Of a stretch of 64,000 bases of DNA, positions 1-9,911 are shown in pieces. The number at the start of each line of letters is the position of its first letter. Within the stretch, counting starts at the first letter, position 1. The position numbers and the translations under genes were made by a program. Below the pieces are notes generated by a model. The model did not search any database. It was given only the letters and a program-made list of their open reading frames with translations, and was not told the origin of the DNA. Source of the stretch: Podarcis cretensis (Eukaryota); the NCBI GenBank assembly GCA_951804945.1, contig OX638149.1, positions 109,554,001 through 109,618,000 on the forward strand. Reading direction: 5' to 3'.

Positions 1-378
1 GGTCGGTGCGCACCGACCCCTCTCTCTCTCCAGGCTTCAGGAGAGCCGCAGCGCCAGCCCCACAAGGTCGGGGGACAGCGAGGAGGCGGAACGCCGCCAT
101 CCCGCTATCTCCCGATGTGGTTTGGAGGCTGACGGCGGGGAGACGTGTGCTTCTCCCCGCTGCCAGCCCCGCAAGCTCCGGGGACAGCGGGGAGGCGCAG
201 TGCGTCTTCCCGCTGTCCCTGGACCTGGTCTGCAGGCGGGTGGCGGGGAGAAGAGCGCTTCTCTCCGCTGCCGGCCCCACAAGCGCCTGGGGGGGAATAA
301 ATTTTTTTTCTTTATTTCCCCCCAAAAAAACTTGGTGTGTCCTATGGGCCGGTGCGTCCTATGGGACGAAAAATACGG
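1..378. mobile_element. Right end of a GC-rich non-autonomous Tc1/mariner-superfamily DNA transposon
   Basis: Ends ...gacgaaaaatacgg|TA (CCGTATTTTTC-type terminus plus TA). Subterminal repeated ggtg(c/t)gtcctatggg; abrupt GC-to-AT switch at 380. The left end is outside the window. Confidence 0.7.
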
Positions 379-2044
379 TAATCTCTTCACAGGTTCAGCG
401 AGGGAAGGGCAAGGATTCACAGTTTTATTAATATCATGTTTAATGGTAAATTAATAGAGCATTTGTGTGCGTTGACAATGGGCTGAAGCCCAAGATACAG
501 AGGCTGTGTAGGAGAAAGAGAAGGGCCTTCTCAATGGCAGCCCCCTGGTTGCAGAATGCCTTTCCCAGGAAGCTTTTCCTGGCACATACTTCATACTTTT
601 TATTTTCTTGGGTGTTTTAAAGATTTAAATCTTTAAACCAGCTTTATTGCTAACATCCTAACATCTCCATTTTGTGATGGTGCTTTTTGCCTTTAGGAGG
701 ATTTTATGGTTTGCTGTAGTGTGATTTCTGCTGAAGTTTCTTGTGGTGTTAAGCTAGTTTTACGGGAACCATTATTTTGTTCTGCTTTGGTGCCCAGAGA
801 CCGTCAGTTATTTGGCATTTGAGATATAATGTAATATAATAATCTAATTACTATTTTTATTGAAGCAGTCCACTTTGCAGTATATGATATAATTTGATGA
901 CAATCCTGTGTTATTTATTATTTCAGGATCAAGTCAGAAAAAATATGTCCTTTAAATTAGTTAAGCTGTTTCAAAAATTGTTCTAAATATATGTCACCAA
1001 GGCAACCTTTTCCCTCCAATTAAGGATGGATGCCTCAAGCTTCTGAAGGCAGTGGAAGGGAACAATGTTCTGTATAAAAACTACATTTTAGTCTCCTCCC
1101 CGACAGGTCTTGAAATATATATTCCAGACATATAAATGGACAAGTAACATATTGTTTGCATATTAACGAAATGAAGTTGCCCTCTAGTGGCTAATGAGAG
1201 TAAAGCCATTGAAATCCCATTCCCTTCTGGGAAAGATAATGGATTTGTTCCATGTCTGTTCCCCCTTCCCCCTCCCCAACCCTGGTCCCAAAATAGCTCA
1301 GAGGAAAATTCTGTGGCTGCTACTAAAATGAAGACACTTCTGGGATAAGCAGCCCTAAAGGCAAAGAGGACCTTTAGAGCAGAGCATTTGTACATTTGCC
1401 CTCAACTCCCCCATTTTTATGTTCAGGAATTCAGAGCAGCTTTCATAAAGGATCTTTCTCTTTGTGCATAACTAGTGCTGGTCATGTGACTGCCATCTGG
1501 AATCAATGAGGATCCCATTCACTGGCTGAAATACAGGCGGTGGTGTGTTCTTTTTGTCCTGAACTGTTTTCCCAGAGATAACTGGTGGATTATTTCATCA
1601 GCAAAATATTTTCAGGAAGGGAATTGACTGGAACTGATCAGAAGCTCCTTCCCCCACACCCTTTCAGACTGAAGCAATATCCTCCCACCAGCAAATCCCT
1701 CACTTCTAACGTTGCCCTTAAGAATGCAATGTGAATAATCAGTGTTGGAGTCAAAGATTTCAACAAAGCACAAATATGAACACTTAATGGTTGGGAGAGC
1801 CACTGAGAATACACAAAATAAATTCCCTTCCCCTCTAATGGACAACTCACACTTCATGCGGCAGCCGAGTTTTGTATTATATTAGATATCCTGATATTGT
1901 GAACAGAGGGGATACAGGGGGCCACTGCATACAGAAAGTGGGCAAGGATCCATTCTTGCCCAATGATCTCAGAAACGTGTCTGCTATACATTTGCAGACA
2001 AACGCTTTCCTGTAACATATTATGGGCATCTACTAGATGTACAA

Positions 2045-2144
2045 CCAAGCTGCGGGGGGCAGTGGAGGACAGGAGTGCCTGGCGTTCTCTGGTCCATGGG
2101 GTCACGAAGAGTCGGACACGACTAAACGACTAAACAACAACAAA
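2045..2144 (+). mobile_element. 5'-truncated RTE-BovB LINE 3' end (100 bp) with 13-bp TSD
   Basis: ggtccatggggtcacgaagagtcggacacgactaaacgactaaacaacaacaa tail; perfect TSD ACTAGATGTACAA at 2032-2044 and 2145-2157. Confidence 0.9.
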
Positions 2145-2628
2145 ACTAGATGTACAATGGACAAGTATCTAATTCTAAGGCTCCAACATGGCACCTATGA
2201 ACACACTGACATCCTAAACATCCTCTTGGTGCCCACCAAGTCGTCCTACGCTTCCATTTTTTTTTTAAAAAAAAGCATGGAGGGTTTTTCCCTATTGTTT
2301 TTTTTTAAGCTGGAAAGTCCCCCAAACATGTTTTATTTATCCTGGAGAGAAATAGGCATTTTGCCTCTTGGTGAAAGAAGGGAACTGAGAAAAGGTTCGG
2401 GGCATTTCCAGTTCTTCTTCTTTGAAATGGGTGCCCACAAGAGTTTCGAAATGTGCCCCCCCTTTAGATACCCTAAAGTTGGGTATCCCTAATCTGTCTG
2501 TTGAAGAAAGTGTGAAAAAGTGTGTGATATACTCCTTTGGTCCATTCATCCAGGAGGTACCACCTTGTATCATTTCAAGGCACTCATCTTTTTGTCTTGG
2601 TGGCATTAAGAAGAGAAGAAGAGTTGAG

Positions 2629-2847
2629 TTTGGATTTGATATCTGGCTTTATCGCTACCCTAAGGAGTCTCAAAGCAGCTCACAATCTCCTTTCACTTCC
2701 TCCCCCACAACAGACACTCTGTGAGGTGAGTGGGGCTGAGAGACTAGCCCAAGGTCACCCAGTAGCTGCATGTGGAGGAGCGGAGATGCAAACCCAGTTC
2801 ACCAAATTACGAGTCTACTGCTCCTAACCACTACACCAGACTGGCTC
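2629..2847 (-). mobile_element. tRNA-derived squamate SINE (Squam3/MIR-like)
   Basis: Minus-strand head GAGCCAGTCTGGTGTAGTGGTTAGGAGC (A-box), degenerate B-box, core GGGTGACCTTGGGCTAGTC, L2-like tail. Boundaries approximate. Confidence 0.7.
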
Positions 2848-3859
2848 TTAAGACATTGTGGAATGTCTCAAATGAGTCCTTGGGGAGAATCTTGATTCTC
2901 ATGGAATGAAAAGGTTTTAACTCACCCTGTGGCTGATAGAATGAAAAATGGACAAGAAGCTGAGTTCCGCAGAAGCAGTATGTTAATCTTTCCTGCCCTG
3001 ACCCACTGATGAATTTAACAGGCTTAAAAAGTAAATAAAAGAATATACAGAGATCTAAATGCATCCAAACCCATGCCCATGAATTTCCTACTTCCCATCA
3101 TCCAATTGTCTTAGTCAGATCCCATTATAGGCCAAGCAGGGAGATAAAATCTTTTAATGGCAAGATGCTTCTGTGGAAGGGTTATCTACTGACAGGGAGC
3201 AACTGTCCTGTCAAGCCAGTTCTTATAGGTGGCACAGGCAATTCGCCAGGGCTCGCTTCAGGTCACTAGATAACTTCCCTCACACACTTTCCCAAAGCAA
3301 GCCCGAGTGAATTTGTGCTCTGATCGGATCGGATCTGACAGCTAAGGGACTGCCACAGAGAGTGCCCTTTCTTGGGCCTTCCTATATACAAGGGATCATA
3401 TGTCCTGGTGCAAGGAACAAGTTCTCTGAAGGTACCACCCAGGGTAGAGGCTTGCCAAGTGAGCTAAAGTTGAAAGAACTCCTCCTACACATTTGGCCAA
3501 CATCCTTTGATGTGCTTTTTACTATTGTAAGATAAAGAGGAAACACTGCCACTATTTTAGATGAGGTTAGAATTATGTGAGAGGCTTATTGATACCATAT
3601 ATTCCAAAAAATTGCTGGGTCTGGAATGGAAGGACACTGAAGAGACAAATGCTCCTTGTTTCATTTATGGCAGCTGGTCGTTTATGTTAGTTACATTATG
3701 TAGCATTTCTTCCTTGAAAATAATATATTACAGTTTGAGAAAGTTTCTATTCATTTCAATAAAGCCTACATAAATTCACCTGAGAAAGAAGTAATATTTT
3801 TTCTTAGCCCCCCCCCCATTTTTTTCAATTATAAAGTTCAGCTGCTTGTTTCCACCCAC

Positions 3860-3905
3860 TGTTAAAAAACACACATAAAAAGTTTATATTTTGATCTTTT
3901 TTATT
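3860..3905 (-). terminator. RBMS1 polyadenylation signal and downstream U/GU-rich element
   Basis: AATAAA on the minus strand at 3905-3900, followed ~17-35 nt later by TTTTTATGTGTGTTTTTT. Confidence 0.75.
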
Positions 3906-4009
3906 CAAAAGTTTTCAAAAGAAACAAAACAGAAAAAAACTAATGATCTAATCAAATTTACAGTTCAAAAATGTCTTTTGGCATTTAACAACAAGTCCTA
4001 GGAAACAAA

Positions 4010-4216
4010 NNNNNNNNNNNNNNNNNNNNNNNNNNNNNNNNNNNNNNNNNNNNNNNNNNNNNNNNNNNNNNNNNNNNNNNNNNNNNNNNNNNNNNNNNNN
4101 NNNNNNNNNNNNNNNNNNNNNNNNNNNNNNNNNNNNNNNNNNNNNNNNNNNNNNNNNNNNNNNNNNNNNNNNNNNNNNNNNNNNNNNNNNNNNNNNNNNN
4201 NNNNNNNNNNNNNNNN
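4010..4216. other. Assembly gap or masked run (207 N)
   Basis: Run of n. Confidence 0.99.
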
Positions 4217-4379
4217 ATTATTTCTTTATGTACAGAGGTTACATTTTGCAAATCTTACCCAGATAATGAGTATGGCACTTAGTTCAGACTTTTCTAGCAG
4301 CATCTATTCCCTCCCTCTAACCCTAATGCTTAGCTAATTGAAATAAAACATCAAGTAGCAAATATCTGCCTGCCCCCAC

Positions 4380-4425
4380 ATCTTCTCCCCACATCTGGAA
4401 ATATCTTCTCCCCACATCTGGAAAT
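4380..4425. repeat. Perfect 23-bp tandem duplication in the 3'UTR
   Basis: atcttctccccacatctggaaat x2. Confidence 0.95.
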
Positions 4426-6354
4426 ACACCAGCTATAGGGAATGAGTTGCAAGAAGTCTGAACTTCGACAAAGCAGTCAATTCCAGGGAGCATAGAACCA
4501 ATAATACCACAACTTTTTAAACTTTTTTAAAAAAAAACACAAAAGAACAAAAAGAAAAAGAAACAAACACATTTCTTATGACTATGTAATTTACTAGAAT
4601 CTACACTTCTCAGAGCAGCATTGACTTTTGAAACTATGAAATGTCACTGACATCTGTACTTGAATACTCACATAAAATTTAAAAACTTAAAAAAAAAATA
4701 AGTGAAAAGAAAGAATTGCTTAGGCCTAGCTCCTGAGCTAGGATGATTTGGTCTGTGGTAACAGGGAGGGCCAGCAACCTGTCCCATTACAAAAGGAAAT
4801 AAGCCTTGAGGTAGATAACTGATCATACACAGCTGACCAGACAAGTACACAGTTTTGGAAGACAACTTAATTTACCGTTTGATTTAATACACATGCGATC
4901 ATAATAAAATGAGCTTTAATAGCAGTGAGTTTTATCATCTAATATGTAAAAAGTACAAATAACAGTGTATTTGTTAAATCAGGAATTTCATAGTTTCAAA
5001 ATTGTATTTTCTTCTTCTTCTTTACACTTAACACTTGTAGTGATGATGTAAAGTGTGGCACTGCTTGGATCCAAGTCTTCCTTCATGCTTTTTGTTTGTT
5101 TGTTTGTGTCCATACATCAATTAAAAATTATAAAACCTAAATGCAAATGTACAAAAAAAGGCACATTCTTCTAACCGCAAACTGGTCCGGCAACAAAATT
5201 AAAAGAGTACAGAAGACATAACTGCTGAGACAAAATCAGAATTATTGGTTACTGGCTCTTTGTTCTTTGGTAAAGTTACCTTTAAAAAGTGCCAAGTCTT
5301 TATTTACCTAATATAGAGAGCTAGTACCCAATCTAGTATGTTTTCTACTTACATCTCAGCTTATGTTTTGAAAAAAGTCTTTTAGCTTTCGCCTTTGCTG
5401 TAAAAGCAAACGCTTCTATTTGCTATTTTCTCTGCACAGCATCATTCTAAAGCACTATTCATTACTAGAAAGGAAGGACAGAAACATTCTGTGGATTCCC
5501 CATCCCCAAAACTCCCCCACCCTAAAACTAGAACATCAATTATCTTCTGGAAAAAGGCAAAAAGATTTTTTTTTTTTTTACATTGCATCATACAGCAGAG
5601 TTCCTAACTAGCAGAGGAAAACTAATTGGCATAAGGCCTTACAAACAATTTATCCTATTAAAATTTCCCCAGTCAGAAAATGTGTTTCACACAAAACATT
5701 TCCCTACCCCCCAATCTTGCATTTCACAACCTTACATTATTATGTGAGGGGAAACAAAATCATTAAAAACACCTACTACACATTTTTAAAAAGCCAAATT
5801 TTTCAGCAATTTTAATCGACTACCTGTTAAAAGCCCTATCCTGCTGTTTTACAAGGCATAATAGACCAGCTCATTTGGTCAAAAGCATTCTACACCATTA
5901 GTTTGGACTACGTACTGAAACAGCTACAGCATTAAAAGAGTTAAGGCAAATTGGAATTGATAGAAAAAGGATAAGACACTTCACACTACCTTAAAAGAAA
6001 AAGAGAGAGAGAGAAAGCTATGAAAATAGACCCTACAACTGCAACACTGCACTATAGCGACACTCACACGGCAAGCACAGAACATCGGCATGGATGTTTT
6101 TACTAGTTTAAACTTCAAAAAACAAAAACGAAATCTTAATACGGTAAAACAAAAACAAAAACAAACCAAGAGACTGATTCTGTCATGCACATGAACATGT
6201 CTCCATTGCAATCTGTGCATGGACAGATTCCCGCCCCCCATTTATTTAATTATTTACCTTTATTTTATTTTTTATTTTTTGCGTCGTTAATACTTGATAA
6301 AAAATTTCTTACTAAAATAAACCTGTTCAAGGGGGGAGGGGGAGGGAAACAGCT

Positions 6355-6494
6355 NNNNNNNNNNNNNNNNNNNNNNNNNNNNNNNNNNNNNNNNNNNNNN
6401 NNNNNNNNNNNNNNNNNNNNNNNNNNNNNNNNNNNNNNNNNNNNNNNNNNNNNNNNNNNNNNNNNNNNNNNNNNNNNNNNNNNNNNNNNNNNNN
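6355..6494. other. Assembly gap or masked run (140 N)
   Basis: Run of n. Confidence 0.99.
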
Positions 6495-7556
6495 ATTGAT
6501 CAGTAAAATCCATGATTGTTTCAGCCTTTGCATCCTTCTCCAGGCGAGGTCAACAACACATTTCTGAAAGGGATAGAAAAAGAAAAAGTAGAATTCAGTT
6601 ATACTCTTCTGATTCATAGTATTTATAGCCTGTGTGACCTGACTATGCAAGTCTAGAAATAGAAAAAAAGCAGATAACTACATATTCTTGGTGCCTGTGT
6701 GTGTACAGGCAGATTTCTGCATGTGGTTACTTTTGCCAAAGGGTTTGTACTTCTGGTTCCTGGGACTGCATTAAGCATATAGAATGGAGAAGCTATACTG
6801 ATCTGAGCATAGAGGAAGGAGACATCCTTTTCCACATCAATATCATCCACTTAATTTATTAACTGCACTGCACCCTAAGATTTCAGGGTGCATTACAACA
6901 ATTTAAAACACATCACAAGCTTTTAAAAACAACTTACAATCACAAATGCAGGCTGGATCCTTCAAATAGGCCTCATGTGCAGGGCAGAAGATGTTGTTGT
7001 GGGGCAGATTCATGACCAAGTTACAATAAGATAAGGTTTTCAAAAAGACTCAAGTTCCTCAGGGTCAACACTCAAATGTATTGAAGATACATTGAATATT
7101 GATGTTAGTTCAGATTGCAGTTGCGAGATAACTAAGTGACACTGGGCATTAGGATCATGTCCACCATTAGGATCATGCCCATCATCACCATGCCAGTTGC
7201 AGTGGCACCCATCCATTTCCAGGTCCAATTCAAAGAACTGATTTTGACTTTTAAAAGTCCTTTGTGACTTAGGATGAGGATACTTGAAGGGCGACTTGCT
7301 TCCATATGTGCATGTCTGTAGGTACAGCTGAGATGCTCTGCAGGTTCTCTTGCCTTGTGAGGCAAGGTCAGCAGCCTTCTCTGTGGTGGTGCTCTCTGGC
7401 CTCCCTAGAGAGATCTGCCTGGCACCTACTTTGTTGTCCTCCTATTCACAGGCACAGACTTTCCTATAGGATTGTGCTTCTCTTTGCCACTAACTCGTTA
7501 AAGTATTGCTGCCATCTTCAATTAGCAATAAAGTATCTCATGTATGAAGCAATGAA

Positions 7557-7620
7557 TCCGCCCAGAGTGGCTGGGACAATCCAGTCAGATGGGTAGGGTA
7601 CAAGTAAAAAAATTATTATT
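7557..7620 (+). mobile_element. L2-type LINE 3' tail fragment
   Basis: cgcccagagtggctgggacaatccagtcagatgggtagggta...aaattattatt, the same tail as the 58139-58462 element. Confidence 0.65.
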
Positions 7621-8072
7621 TGAATAACAAATGTATGATATTTAGGTGGTGCCTTTATCTTAAAAGCTTATTGTACAAAATGATTTAATGTATATGGGGA
7701 TGGGTCAATGGTCCAATGAAAATTATAGATCCAGTAGCTCAGTGCACTAAACAATTCGCTGCAACAACCATAATCAGAGAACTTGGTAAATCACATTATC
7801 TGGAGTTGTTAAGTCACTTTTATAATACATTTGACAAACTGATAGTTCATGCAAGCCAACTTTGGTAAGTCACAGATATTCTGAAGATGTTCAATGTACC
7901 AAGTGTACGGCATCTATGGAACATGCATGCAGCTTCTCAATTTGTTGCATTATTAAGTAAACATCAAAAAGGCTCCAGAAAATGGTTGGAAGTGTCTGAA
8001 TATACTACATGAAGAGTATTTTCCCTCCAATTAATTTTTTCAAAGAAACATGAAAGCAACTTTACCTCACAA

Positions 8073-8150
8073 TTACTTGTTTTGCTGATAAGTATATGGC
8101 GAATGATCATTGGACGTCTCTACTGTAACTTGCTGTTGACCACTGGCTTC
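8073..8150 (-). CDS. RBMS1: RBMS1 exon 13, coding part: [25 protein letters not shown] (exon continues 7 nt to 8066)
   Basis: Acceptor tttcttacag|GAA, TAA at 8075-8073, donor GAG|gtaaag after 8066. Confidence 0.95.
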   Translation of the reverse strand, partial: EASGQQQVTVETSNDHSPYTYQQNK

Positions 8151-8465
8151 CTGTAAGAAAAGAAATTATAAGTAGGAGACACACAGCATCTAATTATTAG
8201 CTGTGATATTACAAAGGGTAAATTTGTCTTGAGGTTTATCATTGACTGCCTGTGCATCTTCCATAGTTTATATCCCTTCCTGAAGAGCACTCGGCGGGGT
8301 GTGTGTGTGTGTGTGTGGCAGATACAGGATTCGTACCAATGACATCTTTTGCTTATTGCAGCACTGATGTCATTTCAGCAAGTTACATTTATTGAAACAT
8401 TATGTACAATATAAATGATGGATTTTAACTAAAAGACTCTCCCATTAATTAAAAAGAAAAACTAC

Positions 8466-8546
8466 CTCAACTGGAACAGCTGCTGTCTGAACGTGTGTGT
8501 ACTGGGGTATGTAGGCTCCTTGCATAGCTGTTGTGGCAGGCATGTA
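8466..8546 (-). CDS. RBMS1: RBMS1 exon 12 (81 nt): [27 protein letters not shown]
   Basis: Acceptor tttttcctttgcag|TAC, donor GAG|gtagtt. Confidence 0.95.
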
Positions 8547-8653
8547 CTGCAAAGGAAAAAGAGATTAACGTATTCAGCTAAATGAAACTAATACACACAA
8601 CAGATGGTTCGACCCAAAACAAATGTGTAAGGATGGGAGATAAGCCACTAGTA

Positions 8654-9009
8654 AAGGTAAAGGTAAAGGGACCCCTGACCATTAGGTCCAGTCGTGACTG
8701 ACTCTGGGGTTGCGGCGCTCATCTTGCTTTATTGGCTGAGAGAGCCGGCGTAGAGCTTCCGGGTCATATGACCAGCATGACTAAACCGCTTCTGGCGAAC
8801 CAGAACAGCGCACGGAAACGCCGTTTACCTTCCTGCCAGAGCAGTACCTATTTATCTACTTGCACTTTGATGTGCTTTCGAACTGCTAGGTTGTAAGGAG
8901 CAGGGACTGAGCAACGGGAGCTCACCCCGTCACGGGGATTCGAACCGCTGACCTTCTGATCGGCAAGTCCTAGGTTCTGTGGTTTAACCCACAGCACCAC
9001 CCATGTCCC
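8654..9009 (-). mobile_element. Full-length Sauria SINE (Squam1) with 13-bp TSD, RBMS1 intron 11
   Basis: tRNA-like head GGGACATGGGTGGTGCTGTGGGTTAAACC...GGTTCGAATCC, (ACCTTT)n tail; perfect TSD TAAGCCACTAGTA at 8641-8653 and 9010-9022. Confidence 0.93.
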
Positions 9010-9800
9010 TAAGCCACTAGTAGTGTTCCACAAATGCTTTCAAAAGTGTGATCTAATAAACAGGTTGCACAACACTTCCTTTACACGAGGTTGCACAGAA
9101 AAGACCATCTTTGAATTTCACCTTTCTTATGCAGCATTCCAGCAACATAATGCAGCCCTTCAATGATGCATGCCCTCCACATGCATTAGCATGTCTTTGG
9201 ATACCACCCAAATAATTCAAAACACATAGAAAGCCCAACAGCATTGGTTTTTGTTTTTGCTTTAGGATGTAAGAAGAAAAGGAATTGGGTCTTCTCAAAA
9301 TTGCTGCTGAGTGATATTTCTAAAGACACTGGCAATACATCTTCCTTTAGGACAGAGGGTCCATTTGGCAATGCCAATTCTTATCTCCAGCCTAGGGACA
9401 AGGGGATGACAGGATGATTTATGATCCAAAAACATATATCCACAGTGGTGTTATCAGCATTGACAGTTCAGATCACACATTTTGGTGGAGAACCTCGTCC
9501 AAGCCCCACATCCCCTCTTTTCTGATTGATAAAGGAAGATCGGTAAGATTCAGCCTTACACTGCTCAAAGCTGTCAATAGTAGCCAAGTTTTACTTCTTT
9601 AATATTAAAAGTAAAATTTCCCCAAGTGACTAAGATGCATTGCCATAGAAAATGGATTTATAATGCACATGCAATTACTGGTCAGTGAAAACAAAATGTG
9701 ACAGATGGAATACTCTAAATGTCTTTCCTACGGGCAGAATATATAGTAAATATGTCAGTTTTTTCTGGGTGTTATTATTATTATTAGAATTGCCACGTAC

Positions 9801-9911
9801 TGTTCCAGTACTGCCCAATGAAAGGTGACTCATCTGCTGTGTCAGTGGACTTATCATTGATGCAGGCTGCAGTGACATGGTGTGGTCCATGGAAGGAGTT
9901 AATACAGTACC
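9801..9911 (-). CDS. RBMS1: RBMS1 exon 11 (111 nt): [37 protein letters not shown]
   Basis: Acceptor ctcttacag|GGT, donor ACA|gtacgt. Confidence 0.95.

Larger units (their letters stand above)
3880..6563 (-). other. RBMS1: RBMS1 terminal non-coding exon 14 (3'UTR, ~2.7 kb)
   Basis: Strong acceptor ctactttttctttttctatccctttcag|AAA at 6563. The segment GGCTGAAACAATCATGGATTTTACTGATCAAT resembles the recalled mammalian RBMS1 3'UTR start. U-rich, no recognisable TEs, ends at a poly(A) signal. The 3' end is approximate. Confidence 0.8.

Noticed and set aside
6-454. Three overlapping ORFs of 110-141 aa and CpG-island-like composition
   Set aside because: They lie in a GC-rich transposon ending in a TIR plus TA; the ORFs reflect low stop-codon frequency and show no domain.
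6241-6290. Several minus-strand AATAAA hexamers as a proximal poly(A) site
   Set aside because: They sit in an A-rich low-complexity tract where the hexamer arises trivially and internal priming confounds evidence; not callable from sequence alone.
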